The notes under the pieces are model-generated. The model searched no databases, had not been told where the DNA came from, and worked only from the letters and a program-made list of their open reading frames with translations. A stretch of 64,000 nucleotides of DNA from Eledone cirrhosa. Its lineage: Eukaryota. Below, in pieces: positions 41,249 through 54,820 of the stretch. The translations under genes and the position numbers were made by a program. The DNA lies in the NCBI GenBank assembly GCA_964016885.1, contig OZ024742.1, positions 80,538,001 through 80,602,000 of the forward strand. The letters are read 5' to 3'. The first letter of the stretch is position 1, and each line of letters begins with the position of its first letter.

Positions 41249-43146
41249 TATATATGTATCGACCTATGTCTAACTGTGTTTATATTTGTATATGTCGCTT
41301 TATTTTTATCTAGTTTGAAATTATACTGACGTTATTAATGAACTATCATGGAAGACTGATCGAGTTCAGAGATAATTATGTCAGCCCAAATTTACATCTA
41401 ATTTGCAAATAATCAAAGGTCAAAGATTAATACGATGTTAAAACAATCATAATCACAAAAACATCGTAGTTACTCTAGCATCATAATCATTGAATGTATT
41501 AGAGCAACAAAAACAATGGCACTTCAGATTAAACGGTTTGTTCATTTCTCTCATTAGAATGTCAGAATTCCCTCAGTTCGATCATTATCTTTCCTTTATT
41601 CAAACAATGGGGCAATTAAATACTAACAATATAAAGTGTTCATTTTATCTACTTCTCATCACTCCGTCAATTGTACTTTTTAGGAAGGGCGAACAGTTTG
41701 AAGTATAATAATTTTAACTGATACCACAGCAGAAACCTTCGTCAGGATTTAGCAATATATAACTTTCATAGCTCTAATACCGCCAGTTTTGACGCAAAAT
41801 TTATCGTTATTTTCTGTACATAGCAACCATTGGTGATACTGAATCATATATGTGAAAAAGAGTCATGACCCAGTTCTAAATGATTGAAATCGTTACTATG
41901 TTAATAAGTTACTAATTCTGGATAGTAATACCACATTTACAAGACTGTATCGGAAAGGAATTTACGACGATTCACAGAAAAAAAGAAACTTTGCAATAAT
42001 CGAAACAAATAAGGAAAGCTAATTACTAGATCATCGATCGAACAAATGATTTATCGTTTCAGATTCATCACTGAATGTAGTCAATTTAGAATTTTGTTAG
42101 TTTTAGCATTTTTTCCCTAATCGAGTAGTCGATAAATTAAGAACCTGGCAACAGATTACTTTTCTTTAATTGAATGTAATTATCTGCATATTATCATGGG
42201 TTCATGCTAAAGAAAAACATTCCATGGATTACAATGTTACGTATGAAAATGAGGTGTAAATCAAGGATTAATGTATCCTCAATTTAAAGATTTAGTTCTA
42301 TGGAATTAATCAGAATTTTATTTAATATTATATTTTATATTTCGACGTAGTAAACAACATAGTTTTTGTTAGTCATCTTACACCATATATGTATGTTAAA
42401 AGTATGTCCTTGCGGCTGGCGAGGGAGAGCAGTTTAAGAACGGCTCCTCCACTATACAGAGGCGGCCATAACTTGACCCCGAAAACTAAACTCTCATTTC
42501 CACTATCTCTCCCAGTCATATGTGATCAGTTTTTGAATTATATATATATATAATATATATGCGTGTGTGTGTTTGTATGTTGGTTAATGTGAGTTTGGGT
42601 GTTTGTGTATTGTGAGCGTGTATATTACATTGTATTCAAATGAATATTCTATATTGACCACGCAAATTCTCTAATTATATTACAATTCATAACTGTGAAA
42701 GTTTCATTCATAAAATTCACTGTTGTGAGAACAGCAGATAAGGAATGGTCCATTCCAACGTCTGCAGACCAAATCCATTCTTCCAATCACTAAATTCCGT
42801 CATTAATAATAATGATTATTAGAATCTCATTACATACGTTTTGTTTTCTTTTAGCAAGTATATAGTTTAACAGACAAATGCCATACGTATACTTATATGA
42901 CTGGTGAAATTTCTTAACCGTACGCTAAACGTTAACAACATTGAAACGTATTACTTGGAGGTCAAATTCAAAATAACTCTAAGGATAAAGACATCCAAAA
43001 TAAATTGCATATGTGTGAAGGGCTTTGAAGCATGGATTTCAGTATAGTCAATCCATACGGATAAATTATAATAACCCTTTATATTATGTCTCAGTATTTA
43101 CAAAGAAATTCATTTCGTAATATCAGGTGATTTTTATTTCACCGAG

Positions 43147-43259
<113 letters not shown>

Positions 43260-44541
43260 GCTGTAACGTGCTGAGAATCAAAAATGTTATAGACTATTTA
43301 AAATTTATGCGAAAATTGGCGAAGAGCCTATTAAAAGTAAATCAATGTTTCTTTTTCTATAAATTCTCTTTACTGTTTGCTATCCACACAATCTTTTACA
43401 TTTTGTTAATTGAGCATATATACAAAAACAAAATAACTTATTATCTACTAGTACATATTTGGTGCGATGTTGTGACGTGGCTTAATATATCTAGAGATAA
43501 GATAGATGTGAGTCTTAATTGTATATTGGCAATATGGAAACTAAAGAAGAAAAGAAATGTCATTTTCGATTTTCAGTCGAAAGTAATTTTATGAAAACCA
43601 ACACTAGCTTACATTTGTTCCAGATCATTTCTAATAACTAAAGGTCTAGATAGTTATAAAATCCATTTGATATTTCTTGGAATGTATTAAATATTTATAG
43701 TACGTATTTGATTATGTATAATAATTATTATTTTCTGGGATAAGTAATAATATAAAAATATAACCGCGTTATATATAGAAGTGGAACTATTTTTCCTGTT
43801 ATAGGGAAGATTTGGAGACTTAGACATTTTAACAGAATAATTCAAACTTTTCAGGGTTGGCAATTGGCTAGTATTATAGAAATATTATAGACAGAAAGTT
43901 TGAAAAGCTAAACGTGCACGCGCACGCACACACACATATACACACGCACACTCATACACACGCACATACACACACATACACACACACGCACACGCACACA
44001 CTAAATACATACACACGCACATACATACACACACACATACATATATGTATGTATATATATATGAAAATTATAAAAAAAGAAGTCAACTTGCATAAAGACT
44101 TATTAATTCCCCATCAGTTGGAAAGGGCAAAGGAATGACTTACTTTGTTGCCGGTTAGGCCTTCTTCAACAGGCGTAACGTTATGAGAAAGAGGATGTTG
44201 GAAGGTGGAAGAAGATTGAAAATATATTTCTGAGGTAGGTTGATGTGAACGTTGTATATGTCTGTTGAATGATATGGGGTTAGGGTTTAATTCCTAATTG
44301 ATTGGATCTACCATTGGTACTATATTTATGCGAATGAGGCACACTTCGTGGGAGTTAATGTTGATTTTATTTTTAGTTAGGTGCGAGCATTTGTTTGAGT
44401 GTGCACTATAATGTGTGCTGGACTAGTCTTCAATGTTTTCGCGATTTTGTGTGTTGTCTGGGTTTATTGAGTGTGCCTGTGTATACGAGTGTGCCTTTAT
44501 ATACGTGTGTACTTTCTTCTTTGTGTTGCGTAAGAAAAATT

Positions 44542-45385
44542 AAATCCCCAAATCCATTATTCTGCCATTACCCCTCTCACACTATTTAAAAGCATGGAAT
44601 CAAGTTTTCCTGATAGTCACTTTTATGGGTAATAAAATGTATAACGTACATAACTCAGTAATAAACCGTTACCGATATTTCTAACCCTTAAAACACAATT
44701 TTAAATTAGACGTACATTTTGAGACAAGCAACAATTGAACAGTGTACAACATAACTTCACAATTTTGAATGTTTTCATTAAAATGATCATACACTATCAT
44801 CAAGCACTGTTTTCCCACAACTGTTCTTTCGTCAATTAAAGAATTTCTTAAGTAGTAAACTTTCGAACTGTTCCCCACCCTCCGTAACTGACGAGCTAAG
44901 GACACTCACGGAAAATAATACCACTCTTACCTTCAGGTAATATTTTGTTTAAATATACATTAGACGCAGTACCTAAAATTACAAGTTATCTCCTTAAGAA
45001 TACAACTCTTGAAAAGCCACAGAGTGGTTCCGACTTTTGTCCCATCAGCGTTGCACTACCGTCGGTTATTTTCCGTGAGTGTCCTTAGCTCGTCCGTTAC
45101 AAGCTTTTTGTATATATGCACTGTCCCAAAATGATAACCCTTCAACTTTGATGTCAACTTAGGTAAAAGCTATTTATGGACTGACGGAAGGGTGTGGAAG
45201 AGTAGCAAAGGTTACTACTTCAGATATTCTTTAATTGACGAATGAACAGTTGTGGGAAAATAGTGCTTGATGATTGTGTATGCTCATTTTAATGAAAACA
45301 GAATATTTACTATCAGGAAAACTTGAGTCTATGCTTTTACATATTGTGAGAGGGGGTAATGGCAGAATAATGGATTTGGAGATTT
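44542..45385. repeat. Old fold-back element with nested inverted repeats
   Basis: Inverted pairs 44542-44617/45309-45385, 44771-44889/45180-45300 and 44887-44918/45066-45097. Confidence 0.75.
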
Positions 45386-45388
45386 CAT

Positions 45389-45422
<34 letters not shown>

Positions 45423-46467
45423 ATACGAAAAATAAGAGTAACGTGGTTGGCTGTACCATAAGGGGTTTATTCACAGTGGTGCTGACAATTGTTTATTTGC
45501 TAATCACTTGATGTTGCGTCATTCGATTTCCAATACTTTGTTTATAACCACTCAATTCATCAGGGCAAGAGTGGGTGAGGATAATACGCAAGGCATGGCT
45601 TTTATAGCGGAGTGGTATTAGACCAGAACAATAATATCAATAACAAAATAAATAGATACTTAAAATAATAACAACAATATAAGTAATAAATAGAATATAA
45701 TGTTAGAATTAGCATGGACAACGAACTGATATGATACAGATGTATGAAATTGACATGTGGTGAGAACGACTACAGGGTACATTATATGTAGTATTTCAGG
45801 GACGAACGGATAACTGATAAAATGTACTTAGATTCAGATTTTGGGAACATACACTTTAAGCGCAATTAAGAGGGATCTAGATATAAGTGTGCTGTGGGTC
45901 TAAAAGCACACTAGCAATACACCGGAGATTGATTTATGGTTTGACAGATAAGTATTTTCGTTGTATCAACTTAGTGAGATTAATAGAGTGATTAGCAACT
46001 TCCTAGATGGGGCACCTTGGCACTGGAGAATTTAATGTGTGTGGTATAAATAAACATCAGATGTCTGTCGAGGCTGAAGGTAAGCACTGGCGCCTATCAC
46101 ATACCAACATCTAGGGAGTTGCTCATCTGATCTGAGGATTATTTACGGACACGTAACCCTCCCATTTTATTTTATTTTTATTTCATCTTTATTTTGATTT
46201 CTGCTTTATATATAGTAATAATCTCATTATCTTTCCCCAAGTTCCCAAGATCTGTTCCATAATATTATTCTATGTTACTTATATTTCTCTGCACCAACTC
46301 AATAACTCTCTTACCATTGATTGATCCAGAAACATTATATGGTGTCGTGAAACAATTGTAAACTGACATTACTATCCCCTTTTCCATATTAAATTGCACT
46401 TAATGTTGATACTCAGTGATTAATGTATTCTATGTGAACGTGTGGTCTTGTTTTGCTCAACTACTAA

Positions 46468-46498
<31 letters not shown>

Positions 46499-46732
46499 TT
46501 AGAAACACACAGATACATGCGGACACACACATATATACATGAATGCATCCGCACCCAACTGTGAGTTAAGGGTGCCAACTTCACCGATGTTGCTCAATGA
46601 ATGACTGGGACAGACCAATTCAGTTTGAACCAGACTGAACCAGTATCAGAGTTAAAAATACATTATGAAGAGAGAAGAAACATTTAGATATAATTAGTAA
46701 TAAAATGTATCATACCTAAACTGCTCCTAAAT

Positions 46733-46820
46733 TCCTCGACTACGTAGTTTCGTGGCATAAACAAAAACAATATATCAAAGATATAGAGTCCTTGCGAGGT
46801 CTGCCAACTTATCAAGAGGA
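46733..46820 (-). ncRNA. Type I hammerhead, U3:A8 core (inverted unit)
   Basis: Reverse complement of 47292-47379. Confidence 0.8.
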
Positions 46821-47291
46821 TACCTCATTTTACTAGTCTCAAGAACGCGTCTACACGACGTGAGAAAGAATCCCAAAAGGCGGAGGGGGAGATAGTCACG
46901 CGATATAACGGTCGAGAAACAGAGCTAAGCCTCTTATAACCACGAAGAAAATACCACGGAGGCGGAGGGGGTATTCATATCGAGGCCGTAGAAGAGGTAG
47001 TGAAGAAGGCGAGAAGTATGAGTAATGGAAGCTTTCCAGTTGTCCCCACACTTCAAAGATTGCTCGACCAGAGGGAGTTATTAATATATTTAGAAACACA
47101 CAGATACATGCGGACACACACATATATACATGAATGCATCCGCACCCCGCCTCCGTGGTATTTTCTTCGTGGTTATAAGAGGCTTAGCTCTGTTTCTCGA
47201 CCGTTATATCGCGTGACTATCTCCCCCTCCGCCTTTTGGGATTCTTTCTCACGTCGTGTAGACGCGTTCTTGAGACTAGTAAAATGAGGTA

Positions 47292-47379
47292 TCCTCTTGA
47301 TAAGTTGGCAGACCTCGCAAGGACTCTATATCTTTGATATATTGTTTTTGTTTATGCCACGAAACTACGTAGTCGAGGA
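47292..47379 (+). ncRNA. Type I hammerhead, U3:A8 core
   Basis: tcctc TTGATAA g.TGGCA [insert] TGCCA.c GAAAC TA CG TA GTC gagga. Confidence 0.8.
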
Positions 47380-47882
47380 ATTTAGGAGCAGTTTAGGTAT
47401 GATACATTTTATTACTAATTATATCTAAATGTTTCTTCTCTCTTCATAATGTATTTTTAACTCTGATACTGGTTCAGTCTGGTTCAAACTGAATTGGTCT
47501 GTCCCAGTCATTCATTGAGCAACATCGGTGAAGTTGGCACCCTTAACTCACAGTTGGGTGCGGATGCATTCATGTATATATGTGTGTGTCCGCATGTATC
47601 TGTGTGTTTCTAAATATATTAATAACTCCCTCTGGTCGAGCAATCTTTGAAGTGTGGGGACAACTGGAAAGCTTCCATTACTCATACTTCTCGCCTTCTT
47701 CACTACCTCTTCTACGGCCTCGATATGAATACCCCCTCCGCCTCCGTGGTATTTTCTTCGTGGTTATAAGAGGCTTAGCTCTGTTTCTCGACCGTTATAT
47801 CGCGTGACTATCTCCCCCTCCGCCTTTTGGGATTCTTTCTCACGTCGTGTAGACGCGTTCTTGAGACTAGTAAAATGAGGTA

Positions 47883-47970
47883 TCCTCTTGATAAGTTGGC
47901 AGACCTCGCAAGGACTCTATATCTTTGATATATTGTTTTTGTTTATGCCACGAAACTACGTAGTCGAGGA
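47883..47970 (+). ncRNA. Type I hammerhead, U3:A8 core
   Basis: Same sequence as 47292-47379. Confidence 0.8.
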
Positions 47971-48473
47971 ATTTAGGAGCAGTTTAGGTATGATACATTT
48001 TATTACTAATTATATCTAAATGTTTCTTCTCTCTTCATAATGTATTTTTAACTCTGATACTGGTTCAGTCTGGTTCAAACTGAATTGGTCTGTCCCAGTC
48101 ATTCATTGAGCAACATCGGTGAAGTTGGCACCCTTAACTCACAGTTGGGTGCGGATGCATTCATGTATATATGTGTGTGTCCGCATGTATCTGTGTGTTT
48201 CTAAATATATTAATAACTCCCTCTGGTCGAGCAATCTTTGAAGTGTGGGGACAACTGGAAAGCTTCCATTACTCATACTTCTCGCCTTCTTCACTACCTC
48301 TTCTACGGCCTCGATATGAATACCCCCTCCGCCTCCGTGGTATTTTCTTCGTGGTTATAAGAGGCTTAGCTCTGTTTCTCGACCGTTATATCGCGTGACT
48401 ATCTCCCCCTCCGCCTTTTGGGATTCTTTCTCACGTCGTGTAGACGCGTTCTTGAGACTAGTAAAATGAGGTA

Positions 48474-48561
48474 TCCTCTTGATAAGTTGGCAGACCTCGC
48501 AAGGACTCTATATCTTTGATATATTGTTTTTGTTTATGCCACGAAACTACGTAGTCGAGGA
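48474..48561 (+). ncRNA. Type I hammerhead, U3:A8 core
   Basis: Same sequence as 47292-47379. Confidence 0.8.
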
Positions 48562-48630
48562 ATTTAGGAGCAGTTTAGGTATGATACATTTTATTACTAA
48601 TTATATCTAAATGTTTCTTCTCTCTTCATA

Positions 48631-48705
<75 letters not shown>

Positions 48706-48993
48706 CAAATAACGAAACGAAATTAAATTTCGTTTCGTTTGTAACTCACTTTTGTATGACTGACGCTTAAACAATTAAGTTAAAAATGTACATCCACATA
48801 TGTATACTGAAATACTAGTATGCCTATGAATACACACACGTATACATATGTAGATGTACCGAGTTTTTCACTGGTCACTTTACTGTGAGTGTCCAGCTAT
48901 TCTGTATGTAAACACACAGACAAACCGGTTTTTAGAGTCATACTGGTTTTTAAGGAAACACCTTTCCTCTATTCTCCAGAAAGCCAGACAAGG

Positions 48994-49038
48994 AATATTG
49001 AACTAGTTTCGATGTTGTTACATCTCATCAGCAATATT
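48994..49038 (-). ncRNA. Canonical minimal type I hammerhead
   Basis: Reverse complement of 49181-49225. Confidence 0.88.
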
Positions 49039-49180
49039 TACCTATCTTCCGGCCTCTCTAGAGAATCGTAAAAGCACATATCGTTATATGCTTTTTCTAT
49101 GAAAATTAGTAGTGGGCAGACCAATTTGCATAGAGCGTGAGTACGTACCGGTTCAACGGAGAGAGGCCGGAAGATAGGTA

Positions 49181-49225
49181 AATATTGCTGATGAGATGTA
49201 ACAACATCGAAACTAGTTCAATATT
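49181..49225 (+). ncRNA. Canonical minimal type I hammerhead
   Basis: aatattg CTGATGA GATGT aaca ACATC GAAAC TA GTT caatatt. 7-bp stem I, palindromic stem III. Confidence 0.9.
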
Positions 49226-49528
49226 CCTTGTCTGGCTTTCTGGAGAATAGAGGAAAGGTGTTTCCTCAAAAACCAGTATGACTCCAAAAACCGGTTTGTC
49301 TGTGTGTTTACATACAGAATAGCTGGACAATCACAGTAAAGTGACCAGTGAAAAACTCGGTACATCTACATATGTATACGTGTGTGTATTCATATGCATA
49401 CTAGTATTTCAGTATACATATGTGGATGTACATTTTTAACTTAATTGTTTATATATATATATATATAAAAGAAAATTTCGCCATACATGGCTGAATACAA
49501 TACATGTAATCTGATGTTTTCGAATGTT

Positions 49529-49718
49529 AATAATTGTTTCTACTTTTGGCACGAGGCCAGCAAATATCCCAGTGTATAACTGGTACTTTATTTTATCGAC
49601 CCCGTAAGGATGAAAGGCAAGTTAACCTTGGGAGGATTTGAACTCAGATCATAAAGGGCCGTAATTCTTTGCTTCACAACATGGCCTCCGACCCTCTATC
49701 TATACTGTCAATCCACCA
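49529..49718 (-). mobile_element. tRNA-derived SINE
   Basis: Homologous to 8068-8257. Confidence 0.85.
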
Positions 49719-50117
49719 CTAATATTATTAATAAGATACGATCGGTTTGCAATTATGCAAACAAGCCTCAATTGTATAGCCATGTCAGTAGAAGGAACAC
49801 TTCATTCTTGCTCTTATGTTGGCATGCGAATCAGCCAGTCTGCTAATATACAAATCAGGCCGATCAGTCAGTGTGTATTTTTGAAAATAGCATACATTTT
49901 CACTAGCTCTGACAGTTTGGCAAGTAATCAGTGAGCTGTACTGATGAAGGTGAAGGGAGATACCCACAATCGTTAGTGTCTGCAGTTCTATTCGCATGCC
50001 AACATAAGAGCAAGAATAAAGTGTACATTCTACTAACATGGTTATACAATTGAGGCTTGTTTGCCTAATTGCAAACGAATCGAATGTTATAATAAATATT
50101 TGAAAAACTCAGAATGC

Positions 50118-50183
<66 letters not shown>

Positions 50184-50186
<3 letters not shown>

Positions 50187-50755
50187 TATTGTACGTCTGT
50201 ATACATATATGTATGTACGTGTACATACTTATATTCAAGTAACAGCCGTATTAAGAGTGAGAAATGAAATTTCGTTTCATTTTTTCCATTTATCGTTTTC
50301 GGTGCGCCCGGCCGATTAACTCACTCGATATGCAAATTAGGCTGCTCAGCCGTTAATATGTATAAGGAAAGTATATACTTTCAGACGTTCAACCGTCTGG
50401 CAGAAAGGTATACGGTGCTGACGATAGCTAATAAGCTTGAAACTACTACATCGTTCCTTTGTCAGTGTTGAACAAAAGGGCAACGATGGTTGCTAAACAC
50501 TGTATGGCTTAATTCGGGATGTTTGTTTACAAACAAACCGAGCATTATAACAAATGCTCGGTAAATCCATACGTACATATATATATATGTGTGCATGTAT
50601 GTATATATATATATACATACTACTGTATGTATGTATATATATATAAATACTACTGTATGTATGTATACATATATGTATGTACGTGAACATACTTATATAT
50701 AAGTAACAGCCGTATTAAGAGTGAGAAACGAATTTTCGTTTCATTTTTTCCATTT
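50184..50755 (+). mobile_element. Non-coding HHR element: 464-bp unit plus about 90-100-bp terminal direct repeat; HHR at 50412-50454
   Basis: Repeat starts at 50198 and 50662. acggtg CTGACGA tAGCT aata AGCTt GAAAC TA CTA catcgt; the sister copy near 26520 has GTA at the triplet. Confidence 0.75.
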
Positions 50756-50833
50756 GTATATATATATATATATATAAATATAAATTCAGCGAGAATCGAA
50801 TTTCGGCGGGTAGAAAAAGCGAAACGGAACGCA

Positions 50834-50864
<31 letters not shown>

Positions 50865-51815
50865 TAGCAAATCCGAGACGTAAATATAAGAAAGTTCCCA
50901 CTAAGTAGCCACATTGCAGATTGTTCCGGAATGACCTTACCCAACTTTAAAATCTTCCCCCTTTACAAGGACCCCGATTCTTTCATTCAACAACGAAGAA
51001 TAAATTAAAAAAAAACATTTATTAACAAATTTAAACCAAAATTAGATATCTAGTCACCCCATTAGATTCTCTCTCTCTCCTTCTCTCTCTCTCACACACA
51101 CGCATACACACACCACGAAATAAGAGAAAAAATTGCTCATAAACTTATTTTCCAAAAATTCCTCATAGAAAGCCACCACTGCTGCGTTGGTCGGTTTTCT
51201 TTAAATTTCCCACAACAAAGGGATCTGTGACCGACAGGCTGAAGCACACACATACACATACACACACACACACGCCACCCCCCTCTCCCCACACACATCT
51301 GTGTATTTTTATATATACACTCTAACACGTACACACACTCTCTGAAACAATATTCGCAAAATAGAATTTCTTTTAAAACCCTACTGTTGCCAATAGCATA
51401 TCATTTGTCTCTAGCTTACAATTCTCCCCTCGCCACCATCATCTGAACTCTTACCAGTCCAAAATTGAGATACACACATATTTTAAATAATTCTTTCGTT
51501 GCCCATAAAAACAATTTTGTTCTATGTGAAAAAACAAAACTACCACAAGTACTGCTGCTACTACTACCATGAATACCTCTCTCTCTATACACAAGTATTC
51601 ATTTTCCAGTTTTCTTCTCAACAAGGAAGATGAAAGAAACTTACCTCAACATTTAATTTTAAATCTTTAATTTTTAGTTTTTAATTCTATCAATTCTCTT
51701 TAATTGTAATACTCAATATTTGATAAGATGAATTTTACTAATACATAGAAACTTTATATACTTTATGTACATTATAAAACTTAAAAAAAAAATGTCAATC
51801 TCATCATTTCAATAA
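50865..51815 (+). mobile_element. Decayed PLE 3' end (GIY-YIG C-terminus + UTR)
   Basis: ..VPLSSHIADCS..PNFKIFPLYK.., similar to 20560-20727. Confidence 0.6.
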
Positions 51816-51839
51816 AGTATCTCTCTCTCTCTCTCTCTC

Positions 51840-51881
<42 letters not shown>

Positions 51882-51993
51882 AACACTCTCAAAGGCGTGA
51901 AACTAATAAAGTCATATATGTGCTACCTCTTTGATTTTGTTCCCGTCTAAGATTTAACTGTATATATATAGTATAAATATATATATAAATATT

Positions 51994-52037
<44 letters not shown>

Positions 52038-52965
52038 GATGTGGATGGTATGTAGTTGTGTGCGTGTGCACGTGAATTTATTCCTCTAAATCTATTTCTT
52101 CCTATTTCGAATTTAAGTAGATCAAAACATCTTATTTCAGTTTTATCAACCTTCCCAACCCAGTTTTAACAATAGAGGTTTTCTCTCCATTGCTTTATGA
52201 AGAAGAGAATTATTTTATTGAGATACTTATACGGCATCTAGTTTAGCTCAACCATTCAAAATATAATCCATGCTTTCTTCCATTGTTTGTATGATTGAAA
52301 TGATGTTTGTAACTTACATAAATCTATTGTATTGTAGAATCACCAACTATGGCCCAGATTGTATTGAGAAATGTTAGAAATGAATCTATTACATGCTCAG
52401 GTAATTACGTTTGGAGATTGAAATTTGAAGTTGCCAACGGCAAGCAATACAATATAACCACATTTTCTTCAATATCTAGTGTGTGGTTTATGTCAATTAT
52501 TGGTTATAAACTACAGTTCAAAATATATTTTATATGTTTTAGACAACTTAATCCACAAAACAATATTGTGGCACAATGCACACACGTCGATTTTTACAAA
52601 CCAAGAAAGTATCGTCTACGCTTTTAGTGAATATAGTAGGCATAGCAGACACATATCCCTAAAATGACATAATATCATCGTAAATAATGATATGGTACAG
52701 TAGAATTCAATATACGTCGAAACGAATGTGATAATAAATATTTGAACAATTTCTACAAGGTTCTTCAATCAGAGATAATTTGTAGCTTACTAAAACAAAA
52801 ATAAGATCATTCTCATTTCCTTACCGTTATAAAAAAATTGGAATTTTATATTTTACTCGAAATTTACTATCTGTACGCTTGGTAAATGTCTAGTAAATAC
52901 GATTTCTATGCTTAGATTTATCACTAAGAATTTACAACTACACCACGCTCCTATATTATAATAGA

Positions 52966-54820
52966 CTAGCAGACGTATCCGCTAATGACCACGATTTTAT
53001 GAAAGTTTCAGTGTATTTTAGCATATTTTACAAAATACTTGACCAATGAAATACGATTGCTGTACTTTAAAGCAGGAATAATAGCAGAATATTTATTGTC
53101 GTTTGTTCATAGCAAATCCTCTAGGTAAAAATATTATTACTTTTGTCTGTCCTGATGCGTTACAGCCAGCATATGTAATACTTCTCACCTAAATGAACCA
53201 TTCCGTTTTTTTTTTCACTTAAAAGGGCATGACAAAATATACATTAGGATTTCTTTTATTTATCTATCTTTTATTTGTTTGCACAATCAGACCCTCTGAA
53301 TTCCGAATAACACGTAAAGACTATTTTAAAAATCATAAATAGAATAATTGCTCTTGAGATTTATTTTGTCATAGCAAAATTGAGTGATATGAAATTGAAG
53401 CCTTTGAAATTCATATGGCAAGTCATTATTAGGTTGTGTGGAAGAATTCCTGCTACTTCAAGACTGTTCAAAAAATTTCAACCTGGTATTGGTGAATGTG
53501 TGAACTGATTTGTAGCATCTTTTCCCTCAGTGTTAGTATTGTTTGTTCACAGAGATATTTGATACCGCATTGTCTGACATGAATGTTTGGAAACACCCTG
53601 GCAATCAGTTTTTGTTCTGTTTCAATGTAAACTGAATCTGGTGTCTGGAGTCGGTTTCACGTAGACCATTTCCCAATTTAAGTAGTTGGAAATCAATCTC
53701 ACTGATACCTTCGTCACCAGTCGAGTGCAATCGAATATTGATTGTAAGGCACAGCCGTAGAAAATGGCTAGAAATACGATGTTTTCAGACGGGCATTGAT
53801 CTGATCAGTTTTGGTACCTCATAGATTTACAAGCAGAGCTTGTCTGATACAACCAGCACGAACCATTGTCACTCCTACCATCATGCAAGTATTTTCCCTC
53901 AGACCTCTTATTGTCCGGGCTAAATCTTCGATTGCGTGTTTATGACTCATGGTGGTTTCAACGTAAATTATCATTTTTAATATTTCCACAGGCTTGTCCT
54001 CCCGTGAGTTCTTGATGTTGCAAAAAGGTTGTTCATATCACGTGAGGCCTATGGGCGTCTTTAACATGGTGTGTGCAGTTCTTTCTCCATCCAGAAGTGT
54101 TGCTGCAATACCACATGAAACTTCATCGTGGGCAACATGTCGCTGTTGGTGAACGTTTGCAAGCCGGAGTTTTATGAGGAATGTCTTACTTGTGTCTGCA
54201 GAATCATCGATGAAGAAAGTCCTCCCCTGTCATTTTGAAAGTTTTCCATGATATTGTGGAAGGCGTATTTCTGCTCATCCACCTATCGAGTTTCATTTTC
54301 ATCCACACACTTCTGCAAGGCTTGTATATTGTAGTTTGTATCCTGAACATTTTCGTATGATATCTCTATTTTTTTCATCTGGCTTTGGCATCTCGCAGTT
54401 GGCTAATGTACTATTCATTGCATGAACGCGATGGAACAGGTCACAGACAGACAGCTTCATTATAAATCCTGGGGTTATATTCTATATACATATTGCCCTG
54501 ATGTCTTCGGGCTAGGTGTAGAGAGTCAACCGACATATTTTTTTGTACACCTGCCAGAGTAGATGAATTTCGTTAATTCCACATGCCGTGAGTAAAGTAG
54601 CAAACAACTGTCTTATTTGACTGGTTACTGGAGTGACTGCAGCTACTTCTATGCTCTTCTTCCAATGTCCTTCGTCCGACGCACTTGAGATCCTCAAATG
54701 ACGTTGGTCCTTCAACAATATGCAGAAATACCCATGAATAAAAACACTATCTGTTGTTCAGGTGGTCATTGTAAACAGGCTCAATAGCATCTCATGTTTG
54801 AAGCGGACGTATAGCATCGT
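52966..54820 (-). mobile_element. Ancient Helitron fossil (helicase part and 3' CTAG end)
   Basis: SCGIAATLLDGERTAHT near 54070-54120, SQIRQLFATLLTAC, and CTAG at 52966-52969. Confidence 0.75.

Larger units (their letters stand above)
46494..48635. repeat. 591-bp unit array: about 1.1 inverted units (46494-47147) joined to about 2.5 direct units (47147-48635), between (TA)n tracts
   Basis: Period of 591 read from 46501/47092 and 47147/47738/48329. Copies appear identical by eye. Confidence 0.95.
48768..49451. mobile_element. Fold-back element: 292-bp arms (48768-49059, 49160-49451), 100-bp spacer
   Basis: About four mismatches seen between the arms. Flanked by (TA)n. Confidence 0.9.

Noticed and set aside
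47580-47807. 75-aa ORF repeated in each 591-bp unit; unit length divisible by 3
   Set aside because: It starts in a microsatellite-like stretch, has no recognisable motif and ends in a stop. Its conservation only reflects identical copies.
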